Assembly (NCBI RefSeq): GCF_037042905.1
Contig: NC_087245.1
Coordinates: 22,818,001-22,882,000 of the forward strand
DNA: 64,000 nucleotides
Reading direction: 5' to 3'
Source: Lytechinus pictus
Taxonomy: Eukaryota
In this document: positions 49,493-63,354 of the stretch, one piece after another
Position numbering within the stretch: position 1 is the stretch's first letter
How the letters are laid out: every line of letters starts with the position of its first letter
The notes under the pieces: generated by a model
Databases searched by the model: none
The model's input: only the letters and a program-made list of their open reading frames with translations
Told to the model about the DNA's origin: nothing
Program-made: the position numbers and the translations under genes

Positions 49493-50616
49493 ATATATAT
49501 ATACATATATATCAATCGACAATGACATTTTGTCACATGATTGTTTTGAATTGCATGGACACCCACTATTGAAACTAACGACACGTGTAAAATATTAAGA
49601 GAAATACATTTCGATATCATAATGCAAGTTTTCACTTCAATACAAATTATAAACAGTTTAATGACCTCAACTGCCTTTGACGAATTGAATTAGAAATTTT
49701 AAAGGATATTAAACATTTTACATGTCATTGAGATAATTATGCAAGTTCCATTTGATTTTCAAGTAATTTCTGAATTATACATAATATCAAGTTTAATCTA
49801 AGCTTACTGATAAGAAATTGTCATTTAACCAGATGACCTAAAATTTTGATTGGCGCTACTTGATAACTCTTTTGTCCAATTCAATGGTATAGGAAGTGGG
49901 AACCATTATTTATTCAAAATTATCTTTGAAAATTAAGTGTTTTTATTTTGACACCACGCCGTAATCTAAGTCCGTTAACCTCATGAAATGACATTTGATC
50001 TTAATTGTCTTTGACCTGAAATTCTAAGAAGTGATCGATGATACTTGAATAATTTCACGTCTAGATTTCGTGAGACAGGACTTTATATTTTAAAACACGT
50101 GACTAAAAAGAATATTTTAGTATTGACGCCATCGGAAATGGATAATGGGTGGTAGGCTATTCTAATAAAGTAATTTTATTAAACCCATGGTTAAGTCAGA
50201 CCTGGGTTAACTTAGATCACACTTTTTTGAAGTGCCAGTTGTCAGATTATTCACTAGTTTAAAATCATTATAACCCTGCTGAAATTTTTTTTTCTAAAAA
50301 ATTAACTGAGTTTTGAAATGGGAAGAATAGGAAAATTCAAAAAAAAAAAGAAGAAGATTTTAACGAAGCAATAATGGCATATTATAATTGCCACCAATAT
50401 CATAAATATGAAAGAAATATTATGAAGCCAATGTTCTATAGAAGTGTGGTTTAAAATTCCTGTTTAAATCAGGGTTAAACTAAGTATTACACCATGTGGT
50501 TTCAGTATTATATGCAGGCGAGACACACACACAACAAAAATACGTCTTTCCTTTTTTTCAGAAAATGAAACCCCAGAGATTTTGAGTGGGGCGTTTTTCC
50601 ATTCATTCATACTTTC

Positions 50617-50852
50617 AATAGACCGGTTTACTAATGTAGTCAAATTTATGGATGTTTCTTCCCTCGGGGCCTAGTAACGAGTTATTCTATTAACCTGTAC
50701 CTAACAATGGTATTTCAATACTTGGAATCCACTTTGCATACATTAGTTGTTGATATGTCGGGGAAACATCGGGCAAGCTTTCCGGTTGTTAGGGGCAACC
50801 TTTGTTAATCTGGTATGCATAAAATTTGAATATGTTAGTAAACCGGTCTATT
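50617..50852. mobile_element. MITE, possibly ISL2EU-type (AT target)
   Basis: aatagaccggtttactaa / ttagtaaaccggtctatt inverted ends. Confidence 0.55.
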
Positions 50853-52539
50853 CAGTCTAATCTTTACTACAAAATGTTTTGGAATAACCCGACCATCTGC
50901 CTTAAACACCCAAAGACATCGTGTTTCAAAGTCCAAACACCCACTAAATCGGATGCATTGTTATTCATTTCACGCACGGGTATTTCTCTTGTGATAATTA
51001 TTTAAACATAAAGGTCATTTTAAAACAGTCGTTATTGTACAGCAATATTTCTCGAGTGATAATAAAGGGGGAAAACGAAGACGACCATGCACTTCCAGTG
51101 ACAATCAATATCATGTATTTTGCAAATGAATTTGTAAAAATTACAGAATATTAAATGAGTCTATTCATATGACCTCAATATGGGAATACCTTGAAATTAA
51201 ATATTTCGCTATTTCAAAGACATTCTTTTTTGGTAAATCTAAAGATGTTAACCAAAAAAATAAAATGCGGTAGAAGTGGTGGGATGCTGCCCGTGAACAA
51301 TATGCTTAACATAAATCACCAGACCGACGCAATTATGATTTTAGCAAACATGGTTGGCTATTGAAGTTTCAGTATGTTTAGATATTTCGTACTTTGATTA
51401 CAATGGCGTTTCCATAGTTTCCAGCTTCTTAAAACACAAAGTCCACGTGAATTACATGTTTATTGTGAAGCTGAATCAATAGAATAACACTGACAAGCAA
51501 AGCAGTAACATGATACAAAATCCGGGGAACACGATAAAAACTCGGGTAAAAACTACGTCATCATTAATTGGGTCTGATCGATCAGTTAAGAAAATTGTGT
51601 CCGTCGTGGACTTGTGGTGTCCTATGATGAGAATGTAACTAACAGTTCAACACGATCCAACTTTATTTGTACTTTCTCAAATATTATTACATGTAGTACA
51701 TGGTTTCCTCAATCAATCTGAGATGAAGACTAATTTGGACCATATGATTTTTAGTAACACTATAGTGTCGTTAAAATAGCACTTTTAAGCAAAACATATC
51801 GGTCCGTTACCATCTCGTTATTCCCGAAGGATTCAAGGAGATAATTAAAAATATTCGACAATGTTGCCAACCGATTTGGATCGTACTTGGGAAAAAGAAT
51901 TGAAAAGTCCTGCACCTAATATACGTCGGTCGTCCGCACATAGATATTTTTATTGATTTTCCCATGAATAGGAAACCATGACAACAAAACTAATCATTTA
52001 AGGGAACACTTGTTGATATCTTTCAAGATAAACCCTAAATTTTTCAATTCTGCTTACTAGGAGTTCATTAAAAAAAGTCTTCTGCATTATACAAAATAGG
52101 GTGTACATTCAGAGGGGGGAGGGGGGGGGGGGGCCAAACATAAATTTTCCCAAAATAATGTTGCAACTTGAAAAAAATGATATGCAATACAAAAATAATT
52201 TTGTTTAAAGGCATTGGAAAGCCCCATAAAACCATTAAACTTGGCCAAAAAAATAAATTTGAACATACAAAATTGTCAACGCATAATCCTTGATGACTAT
52301 TTCGACAAATCCTCAATGCATGGTTAACAGTTTTTGCCAATGAGCATTTTTTGTTCGATAAGGTGAACCCCTCCAAAACTCTTGAACAGCTTTACAATTT
52401 GTAATACGGAGTATTGTAAACCTGAAACATAATAACGTCATATCGTGGCACTCTGCATTTGATTGGATCTCATCCCCCGAATTGCCCATTCTGATTGCGT
52501 ACGCCTGATATTATGCATGGCTGGAGAACATAGAATATT

Positions 52540-53060
52540 ATATCCTACATAGAGTAAATCCTGTATAGTGATTGGTTCAAGTAGCATCATGTGACCGAAT
52601 ATATTTCAACTATGATGTTGCGTGACGTCAGACCTCGATATATTTTTGGATATACCAATATTCTGACGTCATTATTTCACAAAACTGGATATCTCGGCGC
52701 ACCGGCTTGCGCGCTCTCTCTCTCCCGGGCGCGCAAGTCCAGCGCGATGCGTCAGCGCAGACACTAATCTGCGTTCCGCTGGACGCGGTGGCTCGGAGAA
52801 AAGTAGGTAATTCAACAGGACTTTGCATACTCAGCGCATAGATTTTGATTTTGGTTATAAATTATTAAAAGTAGGATATAAAGCAAATATATCAGGCGTT
52901 TCATTCGAAAGCATAGTGGGAATTATTAATCCTCGGTTGGACTGGCAAAACTACTATATTTCCCTCGGGGCTTCGCCCCTCGGGAAAAAATAGTAATTGC
53001 CAGACCAACCTCGGATAAATAATTCCACTATACTTTCTCAAAGCCCGATATATTTGTTTA
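52540..53060 (+). mobile_element. Hairpin-ended non-autonomous element (Crypton-like architecture)
   Basis: tatcctac...gtaggata subterminal inverted pair, then an ~170-bp imperfect palindrome centred on ccctcggggcttcgcccctcggg. Confidence 0.45.
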
Positions 53061-53095
53061 CTGTAGCACCCATGCAACAAAACAGCTGATCTTAA

Positions 53096-54031
53096 GGACG
53101 TTCCACAGTTATGTTTGCGCGCATTATGATCTGCGCATAGTTTTCACTCTGCACGCTGACGTCACAATGGATGAACAGGTGATTAATTAGCTGCGGGTAT
53201 GAGCTGATTTTTCTCATCTTCTGCACTTTAACTGCAGATCCGATGCGTTATTTCATGAAGATAAAAAATTGAATTATTCCATGGACCATTCAAAAAAATA
53301 TTCTCTACAATTTCAAAATACTTTACTCTGCAGTGCTGCCAAGAATCACGAATATTACCCCGAGTTTGAATAAATGGTAGAGTGGTTTTGATTTTTTATT
53401 CACATAGATACTTAGCATTCGGCGCATTTTTGGTGTTTTAAAAAGCACATTTGCTCTAATAAAAATGCTGATAGTTTAAAAACAAGCACATGAACCCCTA
53501 TTTTTAAATGTTTGTACCTCTTAGGTATACCTTCCTCTACAACTCTGCAAATTTTTGTGAAAATGACATGGATTTTTAATAAAGTGCAGCATTTATTGTA
53601 CGTTTGTAGTTTGTTACTGATATTTTACATTTTTTAGATTGGGATTTTGTTATCTTTTACGCCATTTTTAAGAACTGACAGTGCTGTTAAACTTAAAATT
53701 GCAAACAAATAGCACTATAAATAGATTCTCCATTCTAACGATACAATTATTAACTCTCTTGCGAAATTTGATGACTTTTTCATGTATTTTGACTGAGTAA
53801 TAGAGGTTTAAACTCATTGTAGTAATCTTGGGCGGTCTAAAAATGCCAAATTCTTTTGAATGCGCAATTCTTAAAAACATCAATTTGGGTGAACTTCGAA
53901 GCTCTATAGCAAAAAATCAAGCACATGGACCTATGTTAATTTTTGCATATTTCGAATATTAAGGTTCTAAAGTATCTATGTGCACAGTTTGGTGAAAATG
54001 ACATGGATTTCACTTTAACTGTGGAACGTCC
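53096..54031. mobile_element. Kolobok-type non-autonomous element
   Basis: 16-bp perfect TIR ggacgttccacagtta / taactgtggaacgtcc; TTAA TSD; RR...YY termini. Confidence 0.8.
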
Positions 54032-54370
54032 TTAAAAGAAAAAAAAACACCAGGAAAATTTGAACGTATTCAAACGTTCGGACAGAGCGGAATTTAGGTC
54101 ACATGATATCCCTATAGTTGACCACAACAATGCAAATCATTAAATTTGAAATACAAATATCATCGATGACTCACCTATTCTGGAATCCTATGCGCCATGA
54201 TGTATCCACAACAGACATTTCCAACAAGCAAAAGGTGTTTCGATATCAAGCGGCACAGAACACGAGGCGAATATGCGACTCGATACGAATGGCGCTCCCG
54301 GGCAACTCCCCAGCTGTGTGTGCATGACCATGGGGGACAATTGGCGCTTTGTGCTTGTGCGTTGGAAAAA

Positions 54371-54382
54371 GGGGAATTTCCC
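54371..54382. promoter_or_regulatory. Consensus NF-kB-type site
   Basis: ggggaatttccc matches GGGRNWYYCC; a weaker gggcaactcccc lies at ~54300. Function unproven. Confidence 0.35.
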
Positions 54383-54503
54383 GAATTGAAAAAGATGACA
54401 TAATGTTTCAGAAAATTCTCTGAAATTCGTGTTGCACGATAAAACAAATACCATTTCAAATAGCCCCGGGAAGCGAGGGTGCTGCATATGTTGTTCTCCA
54501 TAG

Positions 54504-54703
54504 GGGCAATTCCATAAAATAATCAACCTTTTTGTACGTCCGACCACCATTTTTCTCAAGTTTTACTTCACTTCATAAAGTGACCAAGTCATGGTCATTA
54601 GAGAGCATTACAGACTGTCAAAAGAACAAGAAATCAGAGACAGAAAATTTCATGAAGGTCCCACATAAAGGGGGTCGGACGTACATATTTTATGGAATTG
54701 CCC
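54504..54703. mobile_element. Harbinger-like MITE
   Basis: gggcaattccataaaata / tattttatggaattgccc TIRs plus an inner tgtacgtccgacc / ggtcggacgtaca pair. Confidence 0.65.
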
Positions 54704-56010
54704 ATAGGCAGTACCCCCTGGAATTCTCCGGGAATTCTGTTTGGTGTGGCAAAATGGAGAAATGTAACCAAAATGACGTACATTTTGTAGTGAACCCCAT
54801 TTTTTGCTTGTTAAATTTACAACAGCATCCCCGGTATAAAAAGAAAATCGTTCCCAATTTTCATAGCATTTTGACCATCCGTATCGTCCCGCCATTCTTA
54901 GTATCATTGGTAGCAATGTGTGGATCCATGTATATAGCTATCCACCTAAGGTCCAGATCATGGATCTCGGATTGGCTGGAATTTTCACACTGTTGGCTTT
55001 CAATATTATTGGCTGAAGAAAGTCATGGAATTTCATTATAAAGCTGAGGAAATGATTTGCATGTTGATCAAAATAACGAAACAAAAATATATACTATTAT
55101 AAATACAAATACTGATAAATGAAACCAATTACTAACATCCATGTTAATGCTGAAATCATATTGTTTGTCAATTATTTAAAAAGCAGATATGAGTACACGA
55201 CCATCCTTTTAATTGTCGAGGAATAAGTCCATTTACAATTTAATTAACATGTCAAAATTAAAGGTGTGATTTAGGCCTATGAAATAAGAAAACGTAATCT
55301 TAATTTTTTGACGTGTGTGGTTTCTTGATGATTTACATATTTAACTTTCTGGTCTCCCCTCTTATTTTCATGCCAGAAGGCTCTCGGGCATTCAATCACA
55401 TTACTGATTATATTGACCATCCTTCTTTTGCAATTATTCAATCACAGATAACTTGCATTTCATTTGTTTTCATTTTGATTAGATTGTCTAAAATTGCTTT
55501 AGATATTGATCAAACTATAAAACTTTTTGTCGAAATTTATAGGGCTTACTTTTAGTATTACATGCGTTACAGTTTTGAATAGGGAAGATTTTTACTTCTC
55601 TTTTTTTCCTTCACATTTTGCGCCCCTCATAGAAATGCCTACAGAACATAGAGGCGATCTTAACATGATGGGGTGATTTGAACATGATCCATTGTAAATC
55701 GCCAACACCTCAACGAATTTTTTTTTTTCGGGGGTTTCTTTGTTCCTTCTTCTGTCTCGATCCTTCTTTCCAATCCCGTGATGAGCAGCGGCCCCATTCG
55801 GGGGGGGGGGGGGGGGGGTGGGGGTGCCAGTTTCTCCTTCAGATATGCGCATTTGGCTTCGCGCACAGCAAGGCAAGCGTGTCACTTGACAATGCATAAT
55901 TCACGCCATCCCTGAATTTAACCAAAATAGATCTCATTTTTGAAATAAGATCTAACTGTTAGATCTAATTTTGTCGAAATCTACAGAACTTGAATGGGTA
56001 TAATATCTAA

Positions 56011-59000
56011 ATGATGTTTTCACAACTTCTGCTGTTTGTTCTTACTTTCAGGCTCTGTGTTGGCGTTTCTATATCGGGATGTCTCGATATACCAACGGTA
56101 AGAAAATATATTGTGTTGATCAAACTTTCGTTTTGATTTGCTTTGTTGACTCGGGTCAGCTTCCGTTTATTTCTTCCTCAATTGACTTTCATTTATTTTG
56201 TCCGCTTGTATTTTTCAATTGTCAACCTTTTTGTTTTATTTAAAGGAGCTCTACTATGTTGGCAGATTTGGATTTGGCCCTAACGGCGGACAGCTCTCCT
56301 ATGAATTAAAGTGGCCGACAGAAATTGTGAGTAGCCCCTCTACCCCCTCAGATAGATTCAGGTTCCCGTAAAAAAATATCCAAAGAAAGGACGGTGCCAC
56401 GGTATTTGGTAGGGGTGGTGGCAAGAAGACCTGAAGTGAAGGCCAAGTTGGATTTATTTTTAAAAGAAAAATTAGGTTTTGGCTTAAGTACTCTCTTGTT
56501 TGTAAATGATCTAGGCCTAGACTATTGTTTATTCTCCCTTTTACTTTTCTACATCTTGTTCATTCTTCTTTAAAATCCTGTTGGCTGTGACACTCTGCTT
56601 CCATCAATACAGTCATATTTTAGATATGCATTACAGGGGCATCCCGACAGGAGGCATGGTGTCAAAAGAAGCAAAGCAGGGAAGAAGAAAAATGAAAATA
56701 AGAAACAGGGATCCTTTACGAACAAGATGACTATATTCTAAGCACAGTTGGCCTATTTATAATCATGTTTTCGAAGAATCAAAATTATGTTTCCCATTCT
56801 CATCTTAGGAGAAGCGCCCGAAATACGGTATCGCTCTTCTAACTGCTTCTCAGCACATTGCTACAAGGCTCAATTCCCTGGTAAGTGATGTGTACAAACA
56901 ACTATGAACATGATTTAGGTGGGACACATCATTTGGTCGATAACTTCCTATTCACACTTTCCACATGCATGTTCCATAATTTTTGTCATTATTTTTAGAA
57001 ATGCTAATCTCGCTGTACACTGCAAAAACGCCGGAGTCAATTTAACACAAGCCCGGAATCAGAGAAGTATTGAAACAACACCAATTTGGAATCAAACCGA
57101 TGTTGTTTTAATACTAATTGATATTATATAAACACATATCTGGTGTTAGACCAAACCAAACTGGTATTGTTTAGCACTTCTCTGGACATATATAGATTCT
57201 GGGCTGGTAATGGTAAATCAACACCGGAGTTTTTGCAATGTAGGTTCCCTCCATTTTTAAACTGACATAAATTCATCTTCGTCAGGGCTGTGCGGAATTC
57301 AATTTTCTGTTATAGGCCCAGGGTCGTATATAATCAGGTTTCTTTATTTCATTCGCATGGTTGTGGGTAAATGGCATTAAAGAACGCACCAATGCAATTT
57401 TAGTTGATACATTGTTAGCATTTCTTTAATTTTCGTTTTTTATATTCATTTCCATGCTGTTAAACAATTTGTAATACATTGAAATTAATTCTAATATAAA
57501 GAGAAATCATGTTTAAAAGTGTCAATAGTTTTCATAACACTCTTGCACACTCTGCGACTCATGTAAATGAACTCAATAATATTCCAACCATTGCTGTCTT
57601 TCATTTAAAAAAATGACCTTATGTTTTCGCATCATGTTTGGGCAATAATAAAAGCGATTTTGAATTGAATTGAGAGAAAGTTATCTTTGTCATTATTTCA
57701 TATATAAGACTGCAGAATACTTACCACTCGATTATTGAAACGTATTCCAAGATTTATTTTTCTCATTTTGATTTGTATTTTCATTAGATAAAACAATTAA
57801 TGATAAACAATAACGGACATATAATAAGATATAAAATAACAAAAAAGCTAAATTTTGAAATGAATGAAAAATCAGAGGCTAATGAGAAGAAAAGCTCATG
57901 AAGAGCATGCAGGCATCGGTTTACAAACAGAAACAAATATAATTGCACGTAATAATTTTAGAGGCTCAAGGGGAAGGGGGGGGGGAATGGTGAATCGCGA
58001 TCTCGAAAAATTTGATAAATGACACATATGAAAATAAAAAATAATATATATGGAACGTTTATATAGTCCTACCGAGCTTAGAATATATTATTTTGATAAT
58101 CCATTTTCCCACTTTCCTATAGACATGCAATCAGAAGTTATCCAAATCTCGCATGATAACACCAAAAAATTACTCCATCGATATGGAAGGAGATTTGCAG
58201 GTAATGTATACGGCTAAGCTTTCTTTAATATTTTTGGTTTTGTCAAATGCCTATCAATTCTGCATGATGAGCGTTGCCGAAAAGGTTGCATTTCAACGTC
58301 GATTAATTAAATATTAACCAAAAGTTGTAAAAGTATATGTTTCAGATTGGCTGGGCAATCAATCACTGGTAAGTTGTTTTTTTATAAGCAGGGGCCGCAG
58401 AAACGGGGGAGGGGAGGTGGGTGGGCTTCAGCCTTCTACTCTGTTCCAAAATGGATCCGTGTACGAAAACTTAAAAATTACCATCTGATTGTGATGTTTT
58501 GCATGGTCAGTACTCAGCCCCCACTTTCAAAACCGTTCCGCGGCCCCTGATTGCAATTGTCTTCTTTGACATTGGGATTCAGTTGAATTCTTGTAACTTG
58601 GCCGATATAAAGACACTAATATTGTTCATACAAAAATTTAAATGGTTGGCCTGGGTTCTGTTATAATGTACGACAAAATTTCTTAACCAACGTATATTTT
58701 TTCGCTTCAAAGCTATTGGCATTTAATTATTCTGGGGTGTTTTAAAGCAGGTTATGATATAATTTTGTGCGATGAAATAACACGTTTCATGTGAACGGTA
58801 TGAGGACCATAATAATTAGGACAAGACATGCTGTCTAATACAAGCTGTAGGCCTATATACCTTCAACTTCACGTTCTAAGGTCAGTTACAGAAAGAAAAA
58901 AGTTGCATTTGAACGAAACCCAAGAAATCAAACGCAAATCCCAAAATACGCTCTTCTGAATGGTTGAAAATCGAGTTACGTTTAATTGCAATTCTTTGCT

Positions 59001-61491
59001 GAAAACATTAACTTAATACCTAGCTTCATTATTTTCATTAGTTGTTATTTTTAGTGATTTTTGAGATGTAGGATAAAACATAAAAAATACTTTTCTACGC
59101 GTGCAGTTCACAATGTGTCATGGACAGGACACGTTTAAAGACGAGTCTTTCATCTACATCACCGATTGCCGATCTGGTTCTGGTAGGCTCCATGACGTCA
59201 CATACAACATTACCTTGAGGAATCAAGGCAAATCGTTGAGGAGGGAGTTCTCGGCTGATGAAATGTGTACGTGTATTTATTGGCAATTGCAAACGAAATC
59301 TGTAACCGAATAAATCTATGCCTACAGGAAATACCCCCTCAATGCATTATTCAGTTTCAGTTTTAGTTATTATCCCCACATAGACCGACTCCAAACAGAC
59401 GTCATATCGGCTTCAAACTTCATGCCGACTTCGAACATGTTCGAACAGATAAGATATTTATAATCTTACCCACTTTATATTGACGTCACACCAAGTTCAA
59501 ATCGACTGTTTACAAAAAAGTCTTTCTGTGTTCGTTCTTTGTGTCACGTGTTTTGTCTAGCAATGTCATTGTTACATGATTATTGTAATTTTTTATAACT
59601 CCAAATATCATGATACTTTTTTAGTATTATTTTATCATCATTATTATTATAATTACCATCATAATTATCATCATTGTTATAACTGTTATTATCATTAGTT
59701 TTATAGGTGTTTTTATCATCATCTTATATCATCATTATTATTATAATTCTAATCATTTTTCTTATTGAAATCATTGGTATATTCATGTGATTATTCATGC
59801 AAAAATGATCGTTAAAAATGGGATTCAGTGTTAAGCTGTGAGGGTAACGCCCTATTTTGACTCTTTTTTAAATATAAGCAGAAAAGTTTAAAGTAATATT
59901 CATTAAGGTCTGGCGAAAATCACGGAGACACTATTTGTGAATTTTGATTTGGTGACATCAGTAAGCAAAAATCCTTAAATCGAAATTTCTAATGAATATG
60001 ATGCTCGAAGATATTTTTATTAAGGCGTGTACAACCACTTTAAAGTATGTGATGAAAATATTGAACGCAGAGTTAAGCCCATTTTCATCTTTTTAAAATA
60101 AAAAATGTATGTATATTACATACATTTATGGGGAGCTACCCGCATCTAAACGTCGAAAAATGGTAACTTTAAAATAAGAAACCTTGATGGATTTCAGCAA
60201 GCCTTTATGTTTTCATCGCATATTTCTTATTTTAGTAAAAGTAACTAGATGTAAGAATGAACACCCCCTTTAACACGGACATTTGAAGATTAATTTTGTT
60301 TCCTTCTTACTTTCAGACATGTTAGAAACGAATTTACCTGTCCTCTTCCTGTATATCCTGATGTTTACTATGGGGACCTGGCTGCTTGGTAAGTAATTTA
60401 AACAAACACAGAACATAAGTATCTTGAATTGTATATGCATGGAATATGCGATGATTATAGTTATGAACTCAATTGATGATAGGTACAGTAATAAATCCGG
60501 TTATTTTACCGCAAAAAAAACCCACTACAAAATCAAAACCATATCACTAGATATTATCAAGAAAAATTGTGTGACGATAAGTATTAAGCAACTGAATCTG
60601 GTTGACAGTTCAAGTGTTTTTTGATATTTTTTGTCGTTGTTTTGTTAAAGTCACCTGGTTACCTTTCGGCCAACAAATCTCTTAAACTTCAATTTTGGCT
60701 TGAAAGTTGGAAGATTTTGTTGCCATCCCTGCCATCCTTGCATATAAAAGAAAATACAATGATTGATCTGTTCATTCAGCTTCATTAACCGAACTGATTT
60801 ATTGAATTTTCTTTCCCAGTTAATTTTTTCAGGACGAGACTGAAGTTCATCTTTCGATGGTATTATTTGTCCCTCTGCTCACAAACATGCGGTATTATTA
60901 TCGCAACAATAGCTTTAGCATGTTTCTCACAGACCGGCAGAGCTCTCATTCATGTACAGAGAATAGGTAAGAATTATTGCTGAAAACAACTGGAGAAAAC
61001 ATCATTTTTAAAGGCCATACGAACCAACAGCCTTAATAGCCACGCCTCTAGAAAAAAAAACTACTCATATTCGGCCACATTCATTACCCATAATGCAACA
61101 TCCTGGGAATTGCAGTCTTGTAATACAGGCCCACTTGAATGCATTCATATCGCCATGATTATGTTACCAAGTAGCAAAACAGTAACTTATCCTCCCAAAC
61201 ACAGTTTAGTTTCCTCACTGAAATAAAATAACACAGTATTTTATTCTCTGTATTGTAAGCTCAAAAGGAGCATTTTAAGCTATTTATATAACACACAGTC
61301 AACGAGAGACCACGCAAGTGCTGGTCATTTTGCTCCCCGTTAAAGCGTAAGAATAAATTTATTGAGATGTCATTGGTTAACGCTTTACGTTTATCTCTCG
61401 CAAAAAGTAACCTATTTTTTTTTTAATATGATAATCCCTGAAATTATATATTTTTTCTATCCTTCACTGCAGGACAAACTTTCAACTGTTT
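56011..61491 (+). CDS. TMEM145/GPR180-family protein (lumenal GOLD-like domain + 7TM), divergent paralog; exon 8 interrupted by a transposon
   Basis: Exons 56011-56097 (signal peptide MMFSQLLLFVLTFRLCVG), 56246-56326 (YYVGRFGFGPNGGQLSYELKWP), 56809-56880, 58123-58200, 59107-59266 (YNITLRNQGKSLRREFSADE), 60317-60388 (MLETNL + TM1), 60820-60966 (TM2), 61473-. All AG/GT with consistent phases; FSADE..LET is a TMEM145 hallmark. Confidence 0.8.
57018..57240. mobile_element. CACT-type MITE in an intron
   Basis: cactgcaaaaacgccgg / ccggagtttttgcaatg with TA duplication. Confidence 0.7.
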
Positions 61492-61750
61492 GGCCCGTAT
61501 TCACAAAAGAAGTTTAAACCCCCCCTGGGTTTAAACCCCCTCCTGGTTTTTTGAAACCATGGTTTAAACCCAGGGGGGGTTTAAACCCCCTCTCTGATTC
61601 ACAAACGATGGTTTTTTTAAACCATGGTTTAAACCACAGTCTAAATTTAAACTGTGGTCTAAATTTAGACTGTGGTTTAAACCATGGTTTAAATTTAGAC
61701 CATGGTTTAAACCATGGGTTTTTTCCTACTGAGCATGCTCAGTAGGTCAG

Positions 61751-62248
61751 ATGCTGTCTGCTACATCCAAAATGGAGGAGGCTAACTTTAGGTGTGTTGG
61801 AGCTGGAAGGGAGAGAGCAAAGGGAAACTGGCAGACAGCTGAAAGAAACCTCCTCCTCCAACTAATCACAGAGCGAAGGGAAGTTCTTCTATGTAGGAAG
61901 ACTGATTATAATAGTAATTTGAAAAAAACAGCAGCATGGGATGATTTGTCCAATAAATTCCACTCCAAATATGGAAATAAATGGAGCACAAATCAAATTA
62001 AGGACCAGTGGAAAAGAATGAGGCTCAATGCCAAGAAAGAACATTCCAATTTCAGTAAGGAATCAAGAAAGACTGGCGGAGGTCCACCTCCACCTGAGCC
62101 CAGTCACTTCAGCATGATTGTGAAGGAGCTATGCCCAATGGATTTTCAGCAATTCAGAAATCCATTTGACGATGACAACGAAATCGCAGCCGAATACTTG
62201 GCATTTGGATCGCTCAGTTCCATGGCAACAGGTCGTGCCACTGAGTAA
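61751..62248 (+). CDS. Myb/SANT-like DNA-binding protein (Harbinger accessory ORF; NAIF1/MSANTD-like), possibly spliced at ~62246
   Basis: RAKGNWQTAERNLLLQL...KKTAAWDDLSNKF...QIKDQWKRMRLNAKK...KTGGGPPP, a trihelix signature; gtaagt donor overlaps the stop. Confidence 0.85.
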   Translation: MLSATSKMEEANFRCVGAGRERAKGNWQTAERNLLLQLITERREVLLCRKTDYNSNLKKTAAWDDLSNKFHSKYGNKWSTNQIKDQWKRMRLNAKKEHSNFSKESRKTGGGPPPPEPSHFSMIVKELCPMDFQQFRNPFDDDNEIAAEYLAFGSLSSMATGRATE

Positions 62249-63354
62249 GTCCATTTTATGGTTAAAATCAACATTTTCTAGGAATACATGTATAATCAGC
62301 TCAAACAAAATGAATATTTTATAAATATGAAATGCTATTTGTAATTTTCAAACGACAAGATTGGGTAAAATTAAACTTCAAACTTTGGGCAAATCACGAT
62401 CGTCTGCTCATCCTCACTCGTCCGAGTTCAGTCCCATCCATTGCAATCCATGTTATGAATTTTAAGACCAACGCTAGCGAACGAGCTGGCCGCCCGGAAC
62501 TTGGGGATGCCACCGACTCAGCTTGTCGAACGTAGACGATCACCGCCAAATGAGGGTTTTTAGTCCCGGGTTCGGTAATCTAATCAATTGGCAAATTTCC
62601 TTACAATATCATAGAATTTCATTTTAGTTGCTAGTATGAAGAATATTCTCAATTAACTACTTACATTGGCAGTGTAGAATGTCGCTCTTGTAAAATATGA
62701 AGCCTACATTATTTAAAGTAAATTAGCAGCCAGTCGGCCAAAGGCAAAGCCAAGGCAAAGTTTTAAATCCAAGTTCAACAATTAATTTGCATACATATCC
62801 ATTGCGCAGAATCCAAACGTTGTGTTCGGATCAGAGCGTCATGTTTGTTATAAACTTGAAGTAAAATGAGAAAATCAAAAGTAGATATGAACTTATCACG
62901 AAAGCCTATTATACCGGGCTATTATAATGTCCATCAAAATTAAGAGAGAGAACGAGAGAGAGAGTAAAAATAACCAAAAAGGAAAAAACACTACCTAAGT
63001 CTTAATGAAAGTTATTAACGTCAATTCAACTCCATGGCATTACTGAAAATAAATCAGGAGGAACGTCTGAACATTACCCATTGTTGAGAGGCTGAAGTGA
63101 TGAAAGGTAATATGAATCATCAATAATTTCCTGGGGGGGGGGGGATCAACGTTGGTAAACGGTGACCGAGTAAAAGTGATTTCATATCCTTAGCTGATTA
63201 TGATTCAAGTGTGTACTTTTAAAACGAATTTATTATAAGTGTTTAAATGCTCACTCTTTTTAATTCCCCCTAAAACAGCTTCATGAATTTTATTCCATGG
63301 AAGGAAAAAAAGAGATCAATTATTTGAATTTATTCCCAGTAGCTTATGTAGACT

